NCBI GenBank assembly: GCA_013115145.1
Contig: JAAPAO010000086.1
Span: 1 to 64,000, forward strand
Origin: Perkinsus chesapeaki ATCC PRA-425
Taxonomy: Eukaryota; Protista; Perkinsozoa
Length of the DNA: 64,000 bases
Direction of reading: 5' to 3'
A program made the translations under genes and the position numbers. The notes beneath the pieces were generated by a model. That model searched no databases and was not told the origin of the DNA. It saw only the letters and a list, made by a program, of their open reading frames with translations. How positions within the stretch are numbered: the stretch's first letter is position 1; each line of letters begins with the position of its first letter. Of the stretch, positions 24,545 to 35,091 are shown in pieces.

Positions 24545-26468
24545 TCAGTAAAGTATGGCCTGTGGGGATCGGAAGACGGTCCCATCAGGTGCCAGTCCAA
24601 CTTCACCCTCACAGACAGCATGCAATAAACCCAGAAACCATTCAGAGTCGAGCTCCTCCCACTCCTTCCCGCCGATCTCCGACACTACCTCACCAAAGGG
24701 TACCCCCTGGCCTTTTCCTGCTGCCGCCCAACGTCGAACACTCTCTAGGGCTTCCAAGCGACGGTCATGTGCCCGCAATGTGCCGTCTTCATCCCGAGAT
24801 AGCTCACCACCCTTTATCAGCTCTCCTATGGCCATATCCGCAATACAACTGAGGAGCAGTAGAGAAGCATTGTGGCATTGAAGCACTGGAGCATATTCAC
24901 ATTGCGGCAGACATCCATATCTATATGAAGACTCGTTATATTGGGAAGGAATAATACATTGACCTTTTGTAGTTGCATAGAAGAAGTCCGCGTAACTATG
25001 TAGGAATGAAGGCATAGCAGCAAGTGTATAGGGAGGACTGGAGTAGGGTTAAAGCCCCGCCGCCGCCCATCGACAGGCTTTCAGTAGCGAGGAGTTGCGG
25101 TTTGGTTCTCTTCATTGTATCTTTCGAAGAGGGTTTCCGTCGCTAACCGTGATACCAACCAGAACAACATAAAACGATAACAGTGCAAATGATCCAGAAT
25201 TCGATTACAGCGATATAAACTATTAGGAGTGGGATGTGAAGTGTGACACTTACTATAAGCCATTCTACCGACTAGTTTCACAATATATGAAATATAATTC
25301 AACATCCACAATGCAGTGCTTAAGTCCTATTTACATATCTCTTGAATCCGTCCTCGACTATTTCCGGAAATGGCTTCCAATATGTCCAGACTAGAGAATC
25401 CAAGATTTGTGACGAGAGTTATAATACCCAAGGTCCATCCCCATCCTCCGATACTACTTCGCCACACATTCCGCAGGAAGACGAATGGATGCCCCATGGG
25501 TGAACATCACACCAAACTTGCTATATGCCACCTCGAACACTCGACGGATATCCTTGATCTCTCCAGGCGTGGGAATCTTCTTCTGTTTCCTTCTAAGATC
25601 AACCAGTGCCTGATTGCAAGCTCGTTCCCATCCCTTTTCTCAACCCTACCCTGATGGCCGTCTTGTATCCAGCTACAGCTCCAGCGAAGGCTGGCGGTAA
25701 TCGCTTGGCTGCATCCGAGATATAACAGGGGAAATCGGGGTGCAGGTGACACCGGCACGGGCACATCGAATAGGTTTTGCAGCTGACTGGACCGAGTTGA
25801 ATGACTTCAGCTGGGCGAGGGCAAATGCACTGTTCTACAAAGAGCATAGATTTAGAGGAGACCTTGTGATGGCTCCGCACCAAATATCCTAGCTTCAACT
25901 AGGTCCCATTCCTCTATCACTTCCAGCCACCACTGGACTTCTTCTTCCGGACAAAAGCTATGTATGCCATGAAGAGCGGTGACCCTTATCTGCAGTACAT
26001 TACGAAATGTTCTTAGCTGGCCATCGATGGCCACCACTCGACCTGACCAAAGATATCCAGCAACACCCGGGACGCTAGCTCTCACCGATGATCTCTGTAG
26101 TGTCATCAGGTAGCTGTCGCCAAGCCTCTGCTATAGACTCCCATATGATGCAGCTGAGAAGCTGCCCACTGCCATCATCCACAGACATCTCGACGAGTTT
26201 CGGCCCCCTACGGGCCCCGATGACCATCCCTACGAGCAGAGTGAGTGCCTAGGCCCAGCCTTGTATGTTAACCTCTAATGGTGACTCTCTCAGTAACTAC
26301 TCTTTGACCATCTTTTATATTGGCTATAGTAAGAGAAGGATTCCCTATTCCCTTAGCCCCACGTAGCATGCACGCAGGTGAATGCAGTATGCTGGCCAGA
26401 CACTTTAAAGGTAATGAGGCAACCCTTTCCATAACTATTGACTCAAGGTCTATTGGTCGAGGCGGCAT
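24545..26468 (-). CDS. STN1: STN1-like OB-fold protein (CST complex subunit); RPA2-like is the alternative
   Basis: Spliced: PLKCLASILHS...VTIRGMVIG...VEMSVDDGSGQLLSCIIW...GRVVAIDGQLRTFRNVLQIRV...EEVQWWLEVI, the STN1/RPA2 OB-fold pattern; N-terminal KxLAxxLHS and ExxWWLE favour STN1; C-terminal exons fit winged-helix size. Confidence 0.6.
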
Positions 26469-26756
26469 GGTAGGTAATTAGTCAACTAATAAAGGCGGCA
26501 GAGAGGAGGTTACAGACAAAAGGATCAGTCGCTTCAAGCGTTTGACCTCACTTTATCGAATAACAAATCTTGAGCGGCTCGGGAATGAGGTTTGCCACTG
26601 CCGGGCTCCTTAGTGTAGGTTCCTTCATTGAATTTAGTTAATCCTGCGCTGATGGACCAAGGGCGAGCGCGCAAGATCTGTCGACGCCGCCCGGACACGG
26701 AAGTGTCGTCGCGTAATGCAGAGACAGGCTGGCTCTAACAGTTGCATTATTGCGTA
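26469..26756. promoter_or_regulatory. Divergent strand-switch region, putative bidirectional promoter
   Basis: 288 nt between the ATG of STN1 (minus) and the ATG of the PB1-ZZ gene (plus); inferred from gene geometry only. Confidence 0.45.
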
Positions 26757-29237
26757 ATGAGCATAAGATTCGTACTGAAGTTGAGCTATAAAGGAGAGTG
26801 TGTTAGAGTTAGACCAGAGCCGCAATTCTGCAACAGATATGGTCACATATTAGAGTAAGTAGGCCGCCGCCAGCATATCCCCTCGGATGGTCATCATTCT
26901 CAGTTATATCCGAGAGACCTGGCCAGAGTTATCTTCAACAGGCACAGAGAGGTCGTTTGGGGTATATTACTATGATGAGGCCGGTGACCAGTGTACCCTA
27001 AATGAAAGGACCTTTCCGGACTGCCTAATGCTGCTGCAAGAGCGCAACGCTTATAAGGACTCCGAGGAGCTTCCAGTGCTCAAACTAACTATCAAACCGC
27101 TACCGGAAGTCGAGACATCTCCGAGGCCTGTACCGGTTATGGTTGAGGCATCGAGGAGACTAGAAGAGAAGATCCAGACTAAGACTCACCTGGGATGCCC
27201 AAAGCGAACATCAGGGAAGCTCGCTGTTCACCGTGGATTCATATGTGATGGATGTGAGATGGACCCTCTTGTTGGGGACAGGTAGGCTGGGTGACAGTTG
27301 GAGTGATATAAGGGCGGTAATAGATACAAATGCAACTACTGTGACGACTTTGACTACTGTTCAAAGTGCTACGAGAGGAGGCTCATCCTTGGCCACAACC
27401 CTTTTCACGCCTTCACCTGTTATAAGATGCCCCGCCCTCCCACCAAGGCTCTTAAGTTACTATCAACCAGCTCAGATAAGGATACTATGACTTTGCCTAG
27501 CAAGCTCGAAGAGAAGTCTGTTGGTGATGCCCCAGTGGCCCCCAAAACCAAGTCTGTTGGTACCCTCCCCGAGCCCAGCCTTACCCGTGATGAAAGTGTA
27601 CAGTGGGAAAGCGAAAGGCATTGCACGGTTGCTGGGCCATGGGGCAGCTTGGATATATTCTCTGATGAACCTATTCAAGGTAGTTCACAGAACCTGGCCG
27701 CTCGAGTGGCCAAGGCTTGCACTGCGGCCTCTGAGGCCATGGGACGGCCGGCAAGGGAGGACTTGGAGACTGCTGACAGCTTTGCTGTGGCAGCTGGGAT
27801 ACATTTGGGGATTCAATGTGATCTATGTGGCGAACTGCCTATAGTCGGTCCAAGGTAATAGAGGGATCTAACTGGAATGCCTTCTCTAACGTTGATATCT
27901 GCAACTTCTTTAAAGGCTTTCGAGTGTCTTTAGATGAACACTCGGATGCGGCAGTCATTAGTCTACGCATGTTGGGAGGCTATCCGTAGGAATAACGATT
28001 CAACTCTAACTATTTGGGAGGGGAGGCTTGCAACAACTCAAAATCCTCATCTGTGGATGTCCGTACTGTCAAGCACTATGGAGCGTCAGTAGAGCTACAC
28101 AGAAAACTCCTAGAAACTTACTATCAGCATGTGGTCTTGTATGTAGGACTATTAAGGCCGGGAGGGGTAGCGTCATCGTCAGGTTCAAATGTAGGAAGTG
28201 CAAAGACTACGATTTATGCCAGAAGTGCTTTGACCTAGAAAACCCATCCAAGGCCATCCACGATCACCCTAAGTCCTCGTTCCGCACCCTCACACCACTC
28301 GATACGATACTACTACGTAAGGATCCTCATCGATGGGAGGCACCAGAGGCGGTCAAGGAAGCTCCAGTGGTGGACACTGAGGCTTGTGGTGGGCCTATGT
28401 TCGGGTCTCTGGCGTTGGTCAGCCCCGAGCCCGAGCCGGCTGCGTAAGTCGTTTGGCGATGGATGTTGTTCAGGCTTAGAGGCTCGTGGGGCAATATAAA
28501 GGGTTCCCATAAGCAACACGCTTCTTGTCCTCTTGTATTGGAGATGTTCTTATTAAAATTCAATTTTTGACAACGCTAGGAATATTTTCGGCCCTCCAAG
28601 GAATGCATGCAGTTCTGTGAGGCTGGATGAGCCTTTGCTCAGTCTGACCGAGGCAACAAGCACCATCGCATCCCCCCTGATGGAGCCTGAGAATGGCGGT
28701 GAGATAGAGATGGAAGATCCTCCAGCTGGAAGCACACATGATGATGACAGTAGTAGGAGCGCAATAGGGATGCGGTGAAGATCTCTCTCTGGTAGGCAGC
28801 GGCGGCGGCACAGAGTCAGATTCAATCCCGGAGAGCTGGATGGACTTGGGGGAATTGGAGGACAGTGACATTGAGGATGTCATGATCATTGGCACGCCGA
28901 GGTCCGATGATTTCCAGGTCGGCGGAGAGGTATGGTGCAGTTAATCCGACTCCTTCTGTAGGTCATTACGTCGATTGAAGAGGCAGTAGAGCAGGTAATC
29001 GATAGCAATAGCGTATAGTGGACACGAGTCGGTGTCAGGCACCAGATAGTCTGGTGACGGCAGAGGGACTCGCTGAGGCTCTTGTTCATCATGGAATTAT
29101 CGAAGATAGGAACAGGGCTGCGGCACTGCTTAGCCAAGTAGGACCTTCCGCCAAGTGTAGAGATAGTGTACTGGTTTTAGGTGTCGTCAAATGAAGAGCT
29201 TCGTAGCATGCTCTGTTCATTCCTCGGTACTGACTAA
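26757..29237 (+). CDS. p62/NBR1-like selective autophagy receptor: PB1 - ZZ - ZZ - LIR - helical C-terminus
   Basis: MSIRFVLKLSYKGE...FGVYYYDEAGDQCTL (PB1 with basic Lys and OPCA motif); HRGFICDGCEMDPLVGDR/YKCNYCDDFDYCSKC; HLGIQCDLCGELPIVGPR/FKCRKCKDYDLCQKC; ESDSIPESWMDLGELEDSD; end ALVHHGIIEDRNRAAALL. Confidence 0.8.
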
Positions 29238-29892
29238 GGCCTGCATTCTAGTTAGCAGCTCGCTCATCGGCTTGTGAGACGGGAGCTGCAATTCTGAAGT
29301 AGTTTGTTATTATATGATTTACCCATTTCCTTTTATCCGCAATATCTTGTCAATACTCATTACCATGCATTTTCATAGTGTAAATGTCAGTAGTCACCAC
29401 GGTGGCCCCAGAAGATGTCTACGGGCCAGGAGGAGGAGGGCTCGCGGCTTAGCATCAATACGACTAGTAACCTACTCTAGCGTTGTGTTGACCAAAGGCG
29501 GTTGTGTCGTCTTGTGCTACACTAGTACCGGTAGGATTGTCAGAAGCAACACTAGTACTGCTAGTGTTGTTTCTTCTAATCCATCCTCCTGGGTCCAGCT
29601 GCTAAGACCTAGGATGGAGAGTGATATCTCTTATGTCTTGTAGTGTTAACTTATCAATAATAAAGGATGCCTAGGAAAGTACATTGTGCTGCTGTTTTGT
29701 TGGTAAACCTAGAATACTGTGTGGGCATTCTTGTCGCCACAGCTAGTGTCGACGCCGTAGTCTATTTGGATATATTTCGTATACTTACATGTCAGACATT
29801 AATAAATAGTAAATACTCTTTATTTTTATATACATCTCCTGTGGGCAATACCTTTGGCTTTTCTTACTAAGACTTTGCTATTGTTCTCCCAA

Positions 29893-32284
29893 ATGGCCGT
29901 AGAGGACTTCTTCATCCTTAAGTTAGCCTTTGGCAAGGAGTCACTGCAGTGCCGGTGCCGATATGATACCATCTCCGACGTAAAACAGCTTCACAGGTCA
30001 ACCTCTCTCCTTTGCTGGGCCTTGCATATTTTACCCTTCAGGTTGATCAAAGAGGCGTGGCCGAATCTGAAGTCTACCCCCTACCGAGCGACGCTCCGTG
30101 GTGGTCAGGATCTGATCGACTGGCCTTCTAGTCACACCGCTGCGGCTCTAATAAAAGAAGGTCTGGCTGACTCGGTTTATGCTATGCCTCGACTGAAGCT
30201 CCGCGTCACGGCGTCACATAATACCTCGGGTAAAGTGGACAAGTCTAAGAAGCCATGGCCCATGGATGGCCACAAGCCAGCGGGCGTGCATCTTGCTTCT
30301 TGCTACCATTGCGACATGTTCCCAGTAGTTGGCCGTTGGTGAGTGCTGCCGTTGTTGGTTTCTCCTGCCGGTACTTCCCTTGTCAGTTTCGCATGCAGCA
30401 CCTGTCCCTCGATTGTGTTATGCTCCTGGTGCTTTGACGAGCATGATAAATCCCACACCATTACGCCCTTGGCTATGGCGTTCAATGGTCTTTGGGAGGG
30501 CAGCTTTATGGAAGATAACGCTAGAGATATGACGGATATTCTAAGAAATAGGCATAGGCCCTGGTCTGGGGATACTGTGAAGTAAGAAACATTCCACCCT
30601 ACTCATCGGCTTTGGACCTGCCGCCGGTTGAATTCACCACTCTTCACTAGAATTTTGGACACCATATATTCACCAGATGCTACCCGTCTAGTGTAACACA
30701 TCACCTGCAGCATCGGTCCAGCGCTATTTTACGACCTATGACACTTCAAAACTTGTATTTCATCATGGCTCGGGTGTTCCTTCGAGTCATAGTAAAGCGC
30801 TTCCCACAATGGGTTCCTAATAGGAACTTCCTATTACACCACCGGCCTTCCTCATCCGACATGTGAGTCTCTCGCCAAACGGCTTTATTGTTGCTTTTCT
30901 TATCAGCTTCAATGCGATCCAAGTTGGCGAGAATCCCCTACCCTCCATGGTCGCCGAGATCTTCTCCCGATCCGAGCCGCACCATGAAGAATTGACCAGA
31001 TTCTTCTGTGATGACGGCAAGTCTCTGCTATGCTATCGTCACTACTGCCATGCTTGCGGATGCTCAGCCTCGGTCATGCGCCAGTAAGCTGCCTCCTCTG
31101 GGCTTTTGGCAAGGTTGGCGTGTCAGGTTCCAGTGTGATGGTCGTGGGGACATCAATCTGTGCGACGCCTGTTACATTTTGTGGCGAGACGAGATTTCCA
31201 AGATATCATTCAAGTGCTCTAGGTTGTTCTTGCCTGGGTCATGGAACCCTCTGGGAGTCGGCCCATGGGAGCTGGTCCACTATGGTGTAGCTTGCGAGGA
31301 GTGTGGCATGTTCCCCATAAGAGGAAGAAGGTGAGAAAGGGGAAAACTCAAATAGGAGATTTAGTCGCCTTCTAACATTTTTCCGTTAGTGCGTATTCCT
31401 CAGAAAAACTAGCCCAGGCGTTGTAAGATTTGCGCGGGGATTCTCGCCTCCACTGGCGATTTGAAGAACTTTGTGTATTGGAGGCGGCGGTGTGACTCGT
31501 GATGCGCGCTTCACCAGTAGCATCTGTGTAAGGCAGGATGTCCACAATTCTGTCCCTTAATCAATCGAAACAAAGGATTCTGTAGGTCTTAGGGAGTTGC
31601 TCTACTTCTGTATGATTTTTCCGGCAAGTAGTTCCCACATCTGTGTTATCCAAAGCTGGGGATTATTCCGTGGTCGAATAAAAGCTGTATGTGACCTGTC
31701 TGCGGTGTGTAGGTACCATTGCAACTTCTGCACAGAGCATGATTTGTGTGAGAGCTGTTACAAGGAGACAGCTAATAGGAATCATCGGGAGACACATCTC
31801 TTCACTTTGGTGGTAAAACCGATTAAAGCATGGACGGTGCAGACGAGGAAGCCCAAAGGCATTTTGCTCAGCACTCTCAGATGTGAGAGGTGTGGCCAGG
31901 GGCCATCTGGTGGGGCGAGGTGAGTCGGAATGAACTGGATGTGATGTGATGCTTGTCATCAGATACACTATGGTGGCCTTGCCCGGGTCACGTTACTGTG
32001 GTCCGTGCTATAAAGAGGCTCTGCGGTTCGAAGCCCTCTGTATTCGAGGACCCTATAATAGAGGGTACGAGGCAGTTAATGAAGGTGCATTTAAAATACG
32101 ACAAGGAAAGCTCAAGGCTCTCGAAGGTGGGGCGGCTCTCATAGCCTTGGTAGATTCTTCGTGGCTTAGATTCCCTGGCAAGCACGTGGCTGATGGAGTC
32201 GATGGATCGCCAGTTGAAGGGCCAAGACCCCTTCCCGCTGCCATCGGAACATTCCCCAAACTCGGTATGACGTTTGAACGTTAG
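29893..32284 (+). CDS. PB1-like + four ZZ-type zinc finger protein, paralogue A
   Basis: MAVEDFFILKLAFGKES...IKEAWP; modules CYHCDMFPVVGRW, CHACG..CDGRGDINLCDAC, HYGVACEECGMFPIRGRR/YHCNFCTEHDLCESC, CERCGQGPSGGAR/..YCGPCY; ends LGMTFER. Confidence 0.8.
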
Positions 32285-32729
32285 GAGTCCCTTCATTTCA
32301 TGCTGTTTTAGGTTGTCTGGGCGGACGAGCCACCGAAAGCTCTGAAGCCGCATCACCGCACACTCCTCTATCCCCCGTCGCAGTAGCCTCTTGGCTTGCA
32401 CGTATTCATTCCATTTCAATTGACTCTGTCGTCCACTCGTTGTCTTTGATGTCTTTTGCTCTTTAAGACGTTTACTTGTCTCTTAAGTGTTGTATTGTTA
32501 CACGGCCAGCTGGGCTTCCTAAGGTTTGGCCTCTCCTACCAGCTTCATCGATACCCAGCAGTCACCCTCAGATGGCAGAGGTGCCCAGCGTTGAACTTGT
32601 CGCGCGCCCGGAAATCGGTTGTGGTCAAAGAACCTTGAAGAGGCGTGCAAACGAATGTAAGTGTGAGGATAATAGGTAAGCCTGCCAACGGTGATGATGA
32701 TATAAAATCCTAGTTGATGGTTTCAGTTA

Positions 32730-34835
32730 ATGCTGGACCTGTATTTGCTGAAGCTGAGCTACCAGGGAGAGTCCTTCCGCGTGAAGTTGAGAGTGGAGAA
32801 GTTCCGGACACTAGGGGACTTGGAGAAGTAGGGCGACACTTGTGAAGTGTGCTCTTAAGGCGTTTTTAGGATCGTGTACGCGGCTTGGCCATATCTTGAC
32901 AAGTCCAAGTACAAGATAGTCCTCCCGGACGGCGGCACCATAGATGATGCCTCTGCTAAGATGCGTGTAGCGACTAAGCTATCGGGAGATGCCAAAGATC
33001 CATCTGGTCACCTACCCGAGCTCAAACTCAAAGTGGTTCCATTGAAGGAGGTAGCCCCGATGGTACATCAACCAAAGAAGTTGGGAGAGCTTCGTGCCAT
33101 CGATGGCCATGACTTGGCGGTCACCTACTGGGAGTCATGTGACGGCTGCCAAATGTTCCCGCTTGTGGGGAAGTGGTAAGACCAGAGCGAATTGCTGATG
33201 AGTGAAGAAATGCCGCTCAGGTATATTTGCTACACGTGTGGGCAGGAAGATCTGTGCTTCGCTTGTCGTCAAGGCCACTCAAAGAGCCATAAGGTCATTC
33301 AGTACAGTCCGTCATCGAATGGTATGTGGGATAATGACAACGTTGTTGAGAACGAGCACAAAAGGGTGTTCAAGCTGAAGGTATTGGGGGCCCCCTGCCC
33401 AAAGCCTAAAGAGTAAGGTCTATATTCTACCAAGTGCCAGTGTGCTCGTCAGCTTTGAAGAGATACAGAAGAGACAGGCATCATTACCTCCTATGGTGAC
33501 TCGGACCTTCGCTTTAGACGAGATACCGGACGGCATCCCTGATGTTGCCTGCTACCGTGATGGAGGCAAAGCCATTTACTTTGAGATGTTCTGCCACGGA
33601 TGCGGCACCGGAGCTCAGGTCGCCAAGAGGTAGGAGAAGAATCGCTATCTTTAATGAGGAAAAATATGTTCAGGTTCAAGATGGACGGGCGTGATGATAT
33701 TAACCTTTGTGAAACCTGCTATCTCCTCTATAAGGACAGTGTCCTCTCGTCAGCATACAAGTGTTGTAGGGTGTGGCAGCCTGGTAGGGTGGGACGAGGT
33801 GACGATGGTAAGCCCTTTCTGGCTACCCATTATTCCACTACCTGCTCTGAATGTGAAGAGTCCCCTATTGTAGGACGCAGGTAACCTGGTTACGGCTTCA
33901 CCTCTCCGCCATTGGTGCCTTCATAGGTACACCTGCCTTGTCTGTAGTAATTTCGACCTGTGCTCGGAGTGCTATCGAAGTAGAGCCCAAACCTCTCACA
34001 GGCAGGCTCATGCATTTGGTCTTGTGGCTAAGCCGGTGCCTTTGTGGTCATTGAAGATTGCTAAACCTCGCGGTGTACGTGTTGAGGAATTTAAGTGCAG
34101 TCGATGTGGAAGTCACCCTGACGGCGGAGCGAAGTGAGTTTTGTTTCCGCGTTTTGCGCGCTCTCACATCATCTCAGATATCGGATGAAATTTGGTCCGC
34201 CCGACAGTCGGGATGCCCTCTATTGTGAGCCGTGCTATAAGAAGATGCTTCAGAGGGAGGCTTTGGAGCTCCGAGCTCCTATGGATGCCAGAAGGAGGAG
34301 CATTACACCCTGGAGTCATTCGGCTAGGGCTAGAAGCCGCACCCTGATTTTAGGATTGAAAGGTAGCTCTATTCGTTTAAGAGAGCTATCGCTTAGTGGT
34401 AGGGTCCCTAGCTTTCCGCCTTAACGCCCGACCACGCATGATTGAACTGATAAGGCAGATAGCCCGGGAGACGGGACAGCTGCTCGATATTGACAGCGAT
34501 GATTCGGACTCGGTAAGGTCTTTTGAGGGGAATCAAAGTACAAGTCTTTTACAGTTGGAGTGGGCAGTTGAACCTCCAAAGGAGCTCAAGTCTGATGACA
34601 TTATCGACCAAGGCCCTAATAGGTGATGACCAAGAGTGCTTCAATCCAGGCTCCATATTGTTTCGTATCACTTTCATTGATTACCTTAAACCTGGCATTT
34701 CTTACTTTCACAGTCGAGCCACGATTTTCTTGTACACTTTAGCTTATTGCGTTTGTGTTAGAGCAGGCTATTGCATCTAGAGTATTATGCAGGCCCATGG
34801 GGATGCACTTCTCGAGAGCCAGAAAGCTTCACTAG
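32730..34835 (+). CDS. PB1-like + four ZZ-type zinc finger protein, paralogue B (stop at 34626, or 34835 if a last exon is spliced on)
   Basis: MLDLYLLKLSYQGES...VYAAWP; CDGCQMFPLVGKW/YICYTCGQEDLCFAC, CHGCG..MDGRDDINLCETC, HYSTTCSECEESPIVGRR/YTCLVCSNFDLCSEC, CSRCGSHPDGGAK/..YCEPCY. Confidence 0.8.
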
Positions 34836-35091
34836 GGCTCAGATGGAAGAGAAGGAAGCTTTGGGGAAAATATGTTCTTAACTGAAATAAGATACGTCAA
34901 GTTGGTTTCATGCTCCTCGATTACACCCTGGTTCCATGGCTCTCCTTAGCACTGCCAACACACAGACCATCTTTGTGTGTTCATCGCTAGTCGGAGGAGA
35001 CAGTCGGACCGTTGCACCCTTAAAGTTTGTCTGGCTATTTCGCTGCTACAGTCTGTACCTTGTCAGTATTTGGTCCTTGCTCTTGCCCTCC

